In this document: positions 36,700 to 49,888 of the stretch, piece by piece
How the letters are laid out: every line of letters begins with the position of its first letter
How positions within the stretch are numbered: position 1 is the stretch's first letter
Source of the DNA: Hypanus sabinus
Lineage: Eukaryota
Assembly: GCF_030144855.1 (NCBI RefSeq)
Contig: NC_082736.1
Location: 7,564,001-7,628,000 of the forward strand
DNA: 64,000 bases
Direction of reading: 5' to 3'
Translations under genes and position numbers: made by a program
The notes under the pieces: generated by a model
Seen by the model: only the letters and a program-made list of their open reading frames with translations
What the model was told of the DNA's origin: nothing
Databases searched by the model: none

Positions 36700-39075
36700 T
36701 TCCTGTCTGTCTGAGACTTCCCTAAATACCCCTGTGCTCTCTGCCTCTGCCACCACCCCTGACAGTGCGTTCCAAGTCCCCATCACTGTTCCCTTCACTT
36801 TCTTCCTCTGATATTAAATACATGTCTTTTACTAGAAGACATTTCCCTCCTGTGAAAAATATTACTGGCTGTTTACACCAACTATGTCCTGCAAAACTGT
36901 ATAAATTTCTGTCAGATCTCTCCTGAGCTGACACCACTCCAGAGGAAAAAGCTCCAGCATGTCGAGCCTCTCCTCACCTCACTCCTCCTCCAGACATCCT
37001 GCTTAACAACTTCTGCACCTGCATCGAAACCTCCACATGCTTCCTAGAATGAGGTGACCGGAACTGAACACTGTGCTCTCACTGTGGCCGAACCAGCATT
37101 TTATAAACTGTAACATGATGTCCTGGTGATTGAACTCAATGCCTTGCCCGGTGAAGGCAAACATGCCGTACACCGGCTTTACCACCCTGTCAACCTGTGC
37201 TCCCAGTTTCAGGGAACCAATCTGCCCGGACCCAGCATCCTTCTGTATGTTAATGTTCCTGCCATTACCTGTGTACCCACGCTTTATGTTGCCCCTGGGT
37301 ATCATTTTCACCACAATGAATGTACAGAATGCAGTGGGGTTATCTTTAATCCTGCTCATCAGAGATTTTTCATCACTGTTTCTCGCTCTCCAAATGTTCT
37401 TGAGTTCCCTTCTGTGTTTTAAATATCATCCTCAAACACCCTGTTTGATTCCAGCTTCCTAAGCCTTACATAAGCTTCTCACTCATCCTCGACTAAATTT
37501 ACTTCCTCTCTCATCATCCAAGTTTCCTGAACGTTGCCATCCTGGACCCTCCCCCTTACAGGAACAAACTGGCCCTGAATCACTGTGCAGCTGTCTTTAA
37601 ACAAACTCATGTCTGATGAGGATTTGCCTCAAAATCCATCCTTACAGTGTTAAGCATCAAACTTGGCATCAATCTCTCCATTCAGTGACAGGCGTTCTGG
37701 TTCACATCCCCCTGTCAATCTCATTTCAACCCTCCCAGGGAGCAACAATGAGCCTCATGATACAGACCCCCCCCCCCCCCGTGAAGGTGCAAACCACCCT
37801 CCCCCCCCCCCTTGTAAATGTCACCTCTGGACCTGAAGAGGTTCCAGTGTTCTGGAATCCTGAAACCCTGTCCCTGCACCAGCTCCTCAGCCACACATTC
37901 ATCTGCTCTAACTTTCTGTTCCCACCCGTACTACCACAGAGCATTGGGAGTAACTCAAAAATTATAACCTTTTGGGTCCTGCTCTTGAACTTGTTCCCTA
38001 ACACTCTATATTCACTGTGGGACCTCATCCCTTTTCTACCTGTCCACTGCTACCGACGTGAACCACCACCTCTGGCTGAGTGAACATTGTTCAGTAGCTG
38101 CTCTGAGACGTCCCTGACACTCAGTTATACGATTTACAAAAGTTTGAAACTGACTAAAACAGTCATTGAGAGGAAAAAGATGAAATACGAAGGTAAACTA
38201 GCCATTAGAATTAAAGAGGATACTAAAAGTTTCTTCAGATATACAAAGTGTAAAAGAGAGGCAAAAGTAGATGATGCTGGAGACGTAGTAATGGGGTACA
38301 GGGAAGTGGCAGAGAAGCTGAATTAGTATTGTGCATCAGTCTTCACTGTGGAAGACACTGGAAGTTGGCTGGAAATTCAGGAGAATCAGGGGCAGAAATG
38401 TGTAAATTGGCCTTTACTAGGGAAAAGCTGCTTGGGAAACTGAAAGATCTGAAGGCAGATAAATCAGCTGGACCAGATTTTCTACACCAGTGTTATGAAA
38501 GAGGTGACTGAAGAGATAGTGGCAGTTTTAGTAATAATCATTCTATAATCCCTGTATTCTGGCGTGGTTCTGGAGAACAGAAAAATTGCCAACATTATTC
38601 GACTCTTGAAGAAGGGAGATGGGCAGAAGAGAGGAAATCATAGGCCAGTCAGTCTGACCTCAGTGGTTGGGAAGATGATGGACTCGATGTATTTTCATGC
38701 GACTTGGTGACACATGACAAAATAGGACAAAGTCAGCATCGTTTCCTTTAGGCCCAAGGTGTACAAGATGTTGCGAGGCATCAATCGTGTGGATAGTCAG
38801 AGGCTTTTTCTCAGGGCTGAACTGGTTGCAACAAGAGGACACAGGTTAAGGTGCTGGGGAGCAGGAACAGAGATGTCAGGGGTAAGTTTGTTACTCAGAG
38901 TGGTGAGTGCGTGGAATGGGCTGCCCGCAACGGTGGTGGAGGCAGATACGATAGGGTCTTTTCAGAGACTTTTGGATAGGTAAGCCCAGTAATTCCTAAA
39001 GTAGGGACATGTTCAGCACAAATTTTTCGGCCGAAAGGTCTGTTTGGTGCTGTAGGTTTTCTATGCTTCTATTAA
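36700..39075. mobile_element. Mosaic of decayed CR1 fragments (ORF1 esterase-like piece on -, ORF2 pieces on both strands)
   Basis: LEQMNVWLRSWCR (ORF1-like), KMKYEGKLA..IKEDTKSFFRY, YKMLRGINRVDSQRLF, RVVSAWNGLP. Confidence 0.7.
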
Positions 39076-39279
39076 CTTACTTTGGATTAAAATGTTAACT
39101 TTGACAATATTTTTCCGTGACCTTCTGTTTTCAGTGATCTTGTTACGTTTTTCTACCCCAAACTATAAAAGATTATCCACACAAAAATAAACAAAATAAA
39201 AAACGTTAAATATTTCTAAGACTGAAGAGTCAAATTAAAATGTGAATATTACTGTCTATAAGGCACTCAATTTCCGTGG

Positions 39280-39615
39280 GTGGCCGGGGGGGTTCACTGT
39301 CCTGGAAATGCCCCTCTGAACCCACTCAGTTACGATGCTCTCCCTGCCCCGCCTCCCGGGCAGTTGACTCCACGTCACGTGATACTGGTTTTCGTATGCC
39401 GATCTGTGACGAACGGTGGTCATTGCTGTCCCGCCTTCACCGACGTCGTTTCCATGGGAACGGTCCGGGATGGTGGACACGGGGTTGTGGGAAAGTGGAG
39501 TCGGTCTCTACTTTGGGTTTCGGCTCCACTGTGGGAATCGGCCTCTCCTCTTCCTGCCCACGGAACAGTGAGTGTCTGTCAGCGCCTCACCGCACCGGCT
39601 CTCTGCCTCAGGTAC
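39280..39615 (+). promoter_or_regulatory. CpG-rich island with GC box, CRE/E-box and RFX X-box; candidate promoter and first exon
   Basis: CCCCGCC ~39347; CACGTCACGTGA ~39371; GTTTCCATGGGAAC 39448-39461; donor-like GTGAGT at 39568 and CAG|GTAC at 39612. Confidence 0.5.
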
Positions 39616-41789
39616 AATATTTAAACCATATTTGCACAGTTACATGGATAGGAAAGGTTGAGAGGGACACGGGCCTAATGCAGGCGGATGGGACGAGTTC
39701 AGGTCGACAACTTGGTCGGCCTGGATGAGTTTTACCGAAGGGACGGTTTCAGTTCTGTATAAATCACTGACTCTATTCTGGGCGGTTCAACCAGGACAGG
39801 ATGTACACAGTGAATGACAGGTTCCTGGGAAGGTTTAATGAACAGAGACTTTTTGGGTTTCTGTCCCCACACCTCCTCTGGCAGCTATTCTCTGTGTGAA
39901 GTGTGTACCCTTCAGATCCCCTTTAAATCTGTCTTTAAACAGTTTTGTACAATTCTAATGAGAGGCAGTTCTTTGGCTGATAAGGCAGGTAGAACACACA
40001 ACCCTGTCTCTCTGTGATGCCACATTCAGGGAACTGTGTAACAATATTAGAGACACATGCACAGGTACTTCAGTGAGCAAGGGACAGAGGGATATGAAAC
40101 TAATGCAGGAAAGTGGGATTATTGTAGCTGTGTGTGATGGGGGAGCATAAATGTGATGGGCCAGAGGGTCTGTTTCTATCCTGGCCAACCCTGGCAACAG
40201 CAGTCCTCCACTGCAGTGGGGTTTGTTACCTTCATTCTCAGCTGTGAGCTTGTTCCACTGAACCCCTTATCCTCTGAGAAGATATTTGCACCCTTCCATT
40301 GTGACCAAGCTGTCCGCCATCTCTCCTAATACTAACCAGTGTTCTTCACCAAATTCCCATTTCAAAGCCCTGTTACTTGTGCATGGGGAATTGGTGCATT
40401 TTGGTAGCCTTTTTAGGGGGTTGATTCACTATTAACCCTAATCCAACAAAAATCCATTGTTCTGGGTTTTGAGTGTTTTAGGTAAGTCCATCCTGAAGTT
40501 CTGTGTTCCAGGTTCCCGCTGAACTTTCCCAGTCAGTGGTTTCTGCATGGCTATACTGACCATCGAGAATCTGTCTCCACTAACTCAGCACTTGGTCTGT
40601 CTCCTACCCTGCCCTGGTGATTCAAATGCTCAATCACATGGTCCTTAAATACCAGCCTGCACCACTCCCTCAGGCAGTGTGTTCCAGATTGTAACCTTTA
40701 TTTTTCCAGCTGGTCTGCATCCCACATCTAGGTTTGTTAGCCGACTTTACTGTCCATCTTACCCCTAATCTTTTTGTCATCTACAAACTTTCTGATCCAG
40801 TTTACTACATTCTCATCCAGATCGTTTATACAGATGCAAAACAACAATGGACTCAGCATCGGGAAGTTAAACCAGGGCAGGATGAACACAGTAATGACAG
40901 GTTCCTGGGAAGTGTTCAGGAACAGAGACTTTGTGTGTCTTTGTCTTCACCACCTCCTCTGGCAGCTTATCTGGGATACCGGCTATTCTCTGTGCCAAAT
41001 ATTTACCCTTCAGATTCCCTTTAAACACACTCTCTTACCTTACAACTATTCCCTTTAGCTTCAGACAGCCACACCACTGGAAACAGCCTCTGCTTCTCTA
41101 ACCTTTGTATGCCTCACTTAATTTTATTCACCTCCAGCAACTCACCCTTCAGATTCGCATTCAACGTCCACCCAGTCACATCAAAACAATCCTGTGCAGT
41201 TTTAGGACTGAGAAAACTGTTGACTCCCTGAAAGATCCTGTGGAGTGAACAGTTTCTGCCTACCCATCCCTAGAAGATGTCCCATTGATCCATGAAACTG
41301 GCACTCTGTCCCCTGCACCAGCTCCTGAGCCGCACATTCATCACTGGTATCTCTCTATATCTCCCCCCACTAACAAGTGTCACTGGGAGTAATACAGAGC
41401 TTACTACTTTTTAGTTTCTGTCTTATTTCTCTAAATTCACTGCACAGGACACAACCCTCCATATCCCTACGTTGCTATTATCAACATGCACCGTCCACCA
41501 CGATGTCCAGCTGCTCAGCCTTCCCTTTGAAATATCCTGCAGCTGCTCCGAGACCATCGGACCATAAGACACAGCAGCAGAATTAGGCCATTTGGCCCAT
41601 CATGTCTGCTGCCCCATTCTGCCAGGATAAGAAATCATGACAGATCTCTTAACCCTCTCAAACACTCTTATGCCCCCCCCCCCCCACAATCAAGAACATT
41701 CACATTAAATATACCCAGTGAATTGGCCACATCCGTCTGTGGGGATGAATTCAGTCAGAACCTGAAACAGGTTTATTATCACTGGCAGG

Positions 41790-44640
41790 TGTCATGAACT
41801 TTATTCATTTAGCAGCAGCAGTTCAATGCAGGACTTGATAATATAGAAACATTAAATAAATTACAGTATATATGTATATGGATATGTATATTAAGTAGAC
41901 TAAAATAGTGCAAAAACAGAAATATTATAAATAATATATAGAATACATCTACAGTGGTTTTTGGGTGTTTTAAAGTGACAAACCAAATGTCTTCAAACTC
42001 CTGATGAAGTATATCTGCTGTCTTGTCTTCTTTATACTGTAGCTGCATCAATAGATCCTCAGAGATATTGACACCCAGAAACTTAAAATTGTTCACTCTG
42101 TTCTCTTCTGATCCCTCTGTGAGAATTTGTTGGTATTACCTCGTCTTACTCTTCCCTCAATCAGCTGTTCTGTCTTACTGACATTGAGCACAAGGTTGTT
42201 GCTGTGACACCACTCAACTAGCTGGTATATCCCACTCCTGTATGTCCAATCATCTCCATCTGAGATTCTACCGACAATGGTTGTATGCAGCATATTTATA
42301 GATTGCATTTGAGCTATATTTAGTCACATAGTCATGGGTTTAGAGGGAGTAGAGCAGTTGGCTAAGCACACATCCTTGAGGTGCACCAGGTCAGTGTTGA
42401 TCTTCAGTGAAGAGGAGATAGTTGAAATTGAATTGACTTTATTTCTTGCATCTTTCACATACATGAGGTGTAAAAATCTACTTTATGTCTCCATCTACAT
42501 ATGCAATGTGCAATCTCAGTGATTTATAATAATTGATAATAAATAGAACAGCCAGTGTAACAGAGAGCTACCCTCGAATCAGCGTGAGTTAATCAGTGTG
42601 ATGGCCTGGTGGAAGGAGCTGTCCAGACACCTGTTGGTCCTGTCTTTTGTGCTGTGGTACCGTTTCCTGGATGGTTGCTGCTGGAATAGATTGTGCTTGG
42701 GGTGACTGGGGTCCACAATGATCCCTCGCGACCTTTTCTCACCTCTGTCTTTGTCAATGTCCTGAATCATGGGAAGTTGACAACAACAGATGCGCTGGGC
42801 TGTGCTGCAGTTAAGGGAGGTACTGTTCCCATACCAGGCAGTGATGCAGCCAGTCGGGATGCTCCCAATTATGCCCCTGCAGAAAGGTCTTAGGATTTGT
42901 GAGGTGAAAAAGACGCTGTTGTGCCTTTTTCAGCACACAGCAGGTATGTACAGACCATGCGAGATCCTCGGGTATGTTGATGCCGAGGAAGTTAAAGCTG
43001 TTTACCGTCTCAACCCCAGATCCATCGATGTCAATAGGGGTTAGCCCATCTCCATATCTCCACACAATCTGTGTGGATTATCACTAATCCTCACAGACTG
43101 TGGTTTTCCGGTTGGGAAGTCGAGGATCCATTTGCAGAGGGACCAGGTTCCGTAGCTTATTGATCAGGACTGTGGGAATGATAGTGTTAAACGTTGAGCT
43201 CTAGTCAATGAGCAACATCCTGACATAGGCTACACGGATTCACTGCTCTTTACTAAGGAAATTGCTCCTTATCTTTGTTCTAACAGTATTGTCCTAGTAT
43301 TGTGAGGCTGTGCCCTGTGTTCCTAGACACTATCGGAAGCTCCCTCCCCACTCCATTCTAGGCCTTTCAATATTTGATCTGTTTCAATGAGATTCCCTCG
43401 TTCTTCTAAAGTCCAGAGACAACCGGCCCAGAGCCATCAAACAATCCCCGTGCATTAACCCTTTTATTGCCAGGATCATTTTTGTGAACTTCCTCTGGAC
43501 CCTCTCCGATGCGAGCATGTAGCTTTTTAGATAAGGGGCCCAAAACAGATCACAATTCTCCAAGTGTGATTGGACCAATGCTTACATCCTTGCTTTTGTA
43601 TTGTAGTCCTCTCTAAATGAATGCCGACATTTGGTTTCCTTACCACTGACTCGACTGGCAAGTTTATCGTTAGGAAATCCTGCACGTCTGAGACGGACCT
43701 GACCCCAGTACCCAGGAGGCGACACACCATCGTGTCATCTCTGTGGCTGCCACAGAATCTCCTGCACATCCCCTGTACTGTGAGTCTGCTGTCATCACTG
43801 CTCTGCTTGACCTTTCCTCCCGCGGAGCATCGGTCTGGGGTCTCAGTACCACCGACCTGGCGGGCTGCTGTCTCTGGTTTGTCATCCCAGGGGTATCCAA
43901 AGGAGTGTACTTGTTGCTGAGGGTCACGGCCACAGGGAGACATTACTCTGTCTGTCTCTTCCCCTTTCTGTCGTGATGGTCACACAACAGTCTGCATCCT
44001 GACCTCAGGTGTGACCAACTCACTGAATCTCTGGTCTCAGCATCCTGGAAACTCTCGGTCTGTCCATCTCCATCTTCATTTCCTTCACACGGTCAGTCAG
44101 GAGCTGCACCTCGGTGCACTTCCCCCATGTGAAGTTATCGGGGACACTGAGTGACTCCCACATCCTGAGGTGGAGCATGTCACTGCCGTAACTGTAATTC
44201 CAGCCACTCTGATGGGGAGAGGAATTCCAAAGAAATCCTCTGACATTTGACTTCCCAGAGTACACCGACTTATCTCCCATTTCTCTGCCCACATTTCCAG
44301 CTGGTCTATGTCCTGCTGAATCCTTTGGCAACTTTCCTCACAATCCATAACTGCACCAATTTCTGTGTCTCTGCAGACCAACAAATCAGCCCTTCTTCAT
44401 TTTCATCCAAATCATTTCACAAAGAGTAGAATTCCTTGTGGGCCCCACTGTTCACAGGTGTCCAGTCAGAATCACACCCCTCAACCATTACCTTCTGTGT
44501 TCTCTGATTGAGTACATTTTGAATATATTCTACCAAATTTCTTTTGAGTCATGTGCTTCCAAGCTGTGGATCTTGTTGTGGGACTCTTGTTGAAAGCTTT
44601 ACCAAAGTCCTTGTATCCTATACCCACTACCCAGCTCTCA
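41790..44640 (-). repeat. Second copy of the Rex1 + CR1 mosaic block, with an extra Rex1 insertion at ~42420-43070
   Basis: Colinear with 15760-18440 and shares TE-TE junctions. Confidence 0.8.
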
Positions 44641-45300
44641 TCAGTCGAGTCTGTCACTTAAAACATTCGGCCATGTTTGCAAGAGTTGACGTTGCCCATG
44701 CAAAGCGATATTGGCTACTCTGAAATTGTTTATGCTTTTTCAGATGCAAGCTGATCCTATCATTAAATATCTTTTCTAGTAATATCAGCAATTTATGATA
44801 TCCCTACCACTAATGTAAGAGTCACCAGGATATAGTTTTTCGGCTTGTCCCCATTGCATTTCTTGAAAAGGTCCAGAATATTTGTCGTTTTCCGCTCTTC
44901 TGCATCCTGGCCTGTAATTAAAAGAGAATCACTTTTGAGTTGGTTATTTTTTTTGTTCTTATTTTATCCCTCAAGCATCAGGTTTTTTAATCATTGTTCA
45001 AAGTAAATTTATTATTAATGTACGTATACATTATACAACTTTGAGGTTTGTTTCAAACAGGCTGTCGTGAAACAAAGAAAGCCAAAAGAACCCACTAATA
45101 AAATAAGACCATCAAACACCCAATGTGCAGAAAGAAAGACAAATCCTGCAAACAATAAACACAAGCAAATTCTGTAGCATTTTGAACTGAAATGCTCAAA
45201 GAGAGTTTGTGCACAGATGCTTAGTTCAGTGCAGAGTGGAGTAGCGAGCTGAACCGGCTTGTCCCTGGCCTCCGGCAGAACAACCTGACCTTTTCAATCT

Positions 45301-45978
45301 TTTCTTTCCTTTTTCAATCTTTTTATTAATTTTTATTAAAAAAAACATAACATAGTATTATATTAAATAGGTCATGAATGCATTAGACTTAGAGTTAAAT
45401 TAGTAACAAGATAACAATATCTTATTAAACTATCAGCAAAAAAGATCGTACAATAATCAATCAAATCTATATTGATTATACATGAAAAAGATTAGAAATA
45501 ATCATCAAAAGAAAAAAAATAGAATACAAGAAAAAAATGTATATGAAATAAAAAATAATATAAAAAAATATAAATCTAAACTAACATGGGCAATAATAAT
45601 AGTTTATATGTATATGATGGTGTCCATACCAGAACAAGAATAAAAAGAGTAAAGGTCTGGAAGAAGCCAAATTAATTCATATGAAAGTGTCGAATGAACG
45701 GTCCCCAAGTTTCTTCAAATTTAATTGATGAATCAAAAACAGTACTTCTAATTTTTTCTAAACTTAAACAAGAAATAGTTTGAGAGAACCACTGAGATAT
45801 GGTAGGAGGATTTACTTCTTTCCAATTTTGTAATATAGATCTCCTGGCCATTAATGTTACAAAGGCAATCGTTCGTCTAATTGAAGGGGAGAGTCGACTA
45901 TCATCTTCATTTGTTATACCAAAAATTGCAGTGTTAAAATGAGGTTGTAAATCAATATTCCAAATTGAGGAAATGGTA
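45301..45978 (-). mobile_element. 5'-truncated L1-clade LINE with 14-bp TSD
   Basis: ORF2 C-terminus ...AFVTLMARRSILQNWK...CLSLEKIR...FEETWGPFI; AATAAA and an A-rich end; TSD GACCTTTTCAATCT at 45287-45300 and 45979-45992. Confidence 0.88.
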
Positions 45979-46321
45979 GACCTTTTCAATCTGGCCCCAC
46001 GTCTAACTCGTTTTCCAAACATTGGGTTCAGTCGCTTTGATACAATCTGGGGCCTGGTCCCCGCCACCTCGATATGGTCTGTAACTGACTTTTCCATTTC
46101 AGCCCAGAGTTTAATCAACCGTACTTAGGGTTTTCCTCACTTTCTGTGACGTCGGTTCTGCCACATCAAATTGCCTCCAAGTCGAAAGGGAAGTTACAGG
46201 CTGTTCATTTACCAGAAAAAGAGATTCACTGATGTCACCCTAAACCAGAACCAGTGGAGATAATTTCACTTTAATTTCACTTAACTCATCACAGAACTGT
46301 TTCCCACAATCTATCAATAAG

Positions 46322-46985
46322 CACAAAATGCTGGTGGAACACAGCAGGCCAGGCAGCGTCTACAAGGAGAAGCACTGTTGACGTTTTGGGCTGAGACCCT
46401 TCGTCAGGACTAACTGAAAGGAAAATAGTAAGAGATACTCAACTCTCTACTGTCAAGATGAAGCCACACTCAGGTTGGAGGAACAACACCTTATATATCG
46501 GCTGGGTAGCCTCCAACCTGATGGCATGAACATTGACTTCTCCAACTTCCGTTAATGCCCCTCCTCCACTTCTTACCCCATCCCTGATATATTTAGTTGT
46601 TTATCCCCCTCCTTTTGTTTTCTCTCTTTCTGCCCATCACTCTGCCTGTTCTCCATCTCCCTCTGGTGCTCCCCTCCCCCTTTGTTTCTCCCTAGGCTTC
46701 CCGTCCAATGATCCTTTCCCTTCTCCAGCTCTGTACCCCTTTTGCCAATCTCCTTTACAGGCCTCAGCTTCAACCCACCCTCTCGGTCTTTCCCTATCAT
46801 TTTGCATTTTCCCCTCCCCCTGCTACTTTCATATCTCTTGCTATCTTTCCATTCAGTTAGTCCTGACGAAGGGTCTCGGCCTGAAACTTCGATAGTGCTT
46901 CTCCTTATAGATGCTGCCTGGTCTGCTGTGTTCCACCAACATTTTGTGTGTGTTGCTTGAATTTCCAGCATCTGCAGATTTCCTT
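46322..46985 (+). mobile_element. Penelope-like element: inverted 5' terminal repeat, GIY-YIG tail and 3' terminal repeat, with two hammerhead-like motifs
   Basis: LYCQDEATLRLEEQHLIYRLGSLQPDGMNIDFSNFR* (~46447-46556); CTGACGAAGGGTCTCGGCCTGAAACTTCGA at 46863 (+) and an inverted copy at ~46378-46410. Confidence 0.85.
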
Positions 46986-47159
46986 GTGCCCACAATCTAC
47001 CAATTCACTTTCAAGGATTCTGCATCTCATGTTCTCTATTTATTTAATTATGACATTATTATTTTCTCTCTTGTATTTACACAAGTTATTGTCGTTTGCA
47101 CATTGGTGATTTGGCCACCCTGTTGGGTGTGGTCTTTCTTGGATTTACTGAGATAGACC

Positions 47160-49888
47160 GTACGACATAGCAGCAGAATTAGGCTATTTGGCCCGTCGAG
47201 TCTACTCTCCCATTCAATCATGGCAGCCCCTTTTTGCCCTTTGCATCCCCACTCCCTGGTCTTCTCCTTGCAAACTTGGATGCTGTGTCCAATCATGAGC
47301 CTATCAAGCTCTGCCTTAAATACACCCAAGGACATGGCCTCCACAGCAGCCTGTGGCTATAAATTGCATTAATTCACCATCCTCTGGCTAAGGAATTTCT
47401 CTGCATTTCTGTTTTAAATGGACAGCCCTCTATCCTGAGATTGTGCCCCCAGGTCTTTCAACATTCGAAAAGAGATTCCCCCCCCCATCCTAAATTACAG
47501 TGAGTACAGACCCAGAGCTATCAAATATTCCTCGTATGATAATCGTTTCATTCACAGAATCACCCCTGTGAACCTGTTCTGAACCCATTCCAATGCCCAC
47601 ACATCTTTTCTTCGATGAGGAAGCCAAAGCTCATCACAATACTCAAGGTGAGGCCTCACCAATGCCTTATAAAGTCTCAGCATCACATCCCTGCTCTTGT
47701 ATTCTAACCGCTTGATGTGAATGCTAACATTGCTTTGGCATTCCTCACCTCCGACTCTACCTGCAAGTTATCTTTGGGTTGGTCTGCACAAAGACTCCCA
47801 AGTCCCTTTGCATCTCAGATTTTTGGATTTTCTCCCTATTTGGAAAATAGTCTGTACATTTATTTCTACTACCAAAGTGCACGACCATGCATTTTCCAAC
47901 ATTGTATTTCCTTTGCCATTGTCTTGCCAATTCTCCTAATCTGTCAAAGTACTTCTACAGCCTACCTGTTTCCTGAACAGAACCTGCCCTTCTTGTTATC
48001 TGCAAACTTGCAACAAATCCATCTATTCCATCATTTAAATCATTGATATACAGCATAAACAGAAGTGGTCCCAACACCGACCCCTGTGGAGCACCACTAC
48101 TCACTGACAGACAACCAGAAAGGATCCTTTTATTCCCACTTGCTGACATGCTGCTTTCCACCAATCAGCCAATGTTCTAACCACGCCAGTAACTTTCCTG
48201 TAATACCATGGGCTATTAACTTGGTAAGCAGCCTCATGTGTGGCACTTTGTCAAAGGACTTTTGAAAGTCCAAATATATGACATCCGTTGCATCCCCTTT
48301 ATTTATCCTGCGTGTAATCTCTTCAAAAAATTCCAACAGGTTCATCATTCAAGATTTCCCCTGAAGGGAACCATGCTGACTTTGTCCTCTCTTGTCCTGT
48401 CTTTCCAATACTCCATATCCTCATCTTTAACAATTAACTCCAGCATCTTCCCAACCACTGAGGTCAGGCTAACTGGTCTATAATTTCCTTTCTGCCGCCT
48501 TCCTCCTTTCTTAAAGAGTGGAGTGACATTTGCAATTTTCCAGTCCCCTAGCACCATGTCAGTGTCCAATGCATTTTGAAAGATCATGAATAATTGCACC
48601 ACAATCTCTACCGCTACCTCTGTCAGAACCCTGGGGTCTAGTTCATCTGGTCCAGGTGACTTATATACCCTCAAGTCTTTCAGCTTTTTGAACACCTTTC
48701 CCTTATAATAATAACTGCACTTCCTTCTCTCCCCTCACTCCCTTCAACATCTGGCACATGACTAGTAACTTCCACTGATGCCAAATACTCATTTAGTTCA
48801 TCTGCCATCTCCGCCTCTGCCCCCCCCCCCCCACCCCATTATTGTTCCTCTGGCTTGATTTTCTAGCAATCCAGTATCCAGTCTCAGCTCTCCTTTATGT
48901 TTTGCATACTTTAAAAAGCTTCAACGAATCACTTTGATAATATTTGCTAGCTTGCTTGCAGATTTAATCTTTATCCTCTTTATCTCTGTAAGGTGTTAGA
49001 CGCTTCCCAATCCTTGTATTCTGAATTTTTTTCTTTGTTGTATGCCCTTCCTTTTCGTTTTACATTAGCTTTGACTTCCTTGTCAGCCACGTTTGTACTA
49101 TTTTGCATTTGAGTATTTATTTGTTTCTGCAATACATTTATCCTGCACCTCCCTCATTTTTCCCAGAAACTCACCTTTGCTGCTCAGCTGCCAATTCTAC
49201 CAGCATCTCCTTCCAATTTACTTCAGCTGACTCCTTTGTCATAACACTGTTCCTAGCTTTACTCCACTAAAACACTGCCATGTCTCTCCCTGTCCAATTT
49301 TAAGTTCGACTCAATGATACTGTGATCACTGCCTCCTAAGTGTTATATATAACATGTAACATTTACAGCATGGAAACAGGCCATCTCAGCCCTTCTAGTC
49401 CGTGCCAAACGCTTACTCTCACCTAGTCCCACCGTCCTGCATACAGCCCTCAACCCTCTATTCCTTTCCTGTTCATATACCAATCCAATTTTTTTTAAAT
49501 GACAATATCGAACCTGCCTCTACCACTTCTACTGGAATCGCATTCCACACAGCTACCACTCTCTGAGTAAAGAAGTTCCCCCTTGTGTTACCCCTAAACT
49601 TTTGCCTCTTAACTCTCAACTCATGTCCTTTTGTTTGAATCTCCCCTACTCTCAATGGAAAAAGCCTATCCACACCAACTCTATCTATCGCGTCATAATT
49701 ATAAATGCCTCATTATAATGCTCATTATAAATGAGCGTTAAACTCCATCTGCCATCTTTCAGCCCACTCTTCTAACTGGCCTAAATCTCTCTGCAAGCTT
49801 TGAAATCCTACTTCATTATCCACAACGCCACCTATCTCAGTATCATCTGCATACTTACTAATCCAATTTACCACCCCATCATCCAGAT
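47160..49888 (-). mobile_element. Decayed CR1 LINEs (long ORF2 remnant plus a second 3' fragment)
   Basis: KSPGPDELDPRVL...DWKIANVTPLFKKG...NYRPVSLTSVVGK, YLDFQKSFDKVPH, SGAPQGSVLGPLLF, SKYADDT. Confidence 0.85.

Noticed and set aside
45979-46118. N-terminal part of the 148-aa ORF 45672-46118
   Set aside because: Lies outside the L1 TSD; chance read-through from flanking DNA.
46378-46892. Other hammerhead-like motifs as active ribozymes
   Set aside because: Changes in core or stem III positions (GAAA>AAAA in the inverted copy; ACGT>ACTT in the direct copy); the remaining copies are more degenerate.
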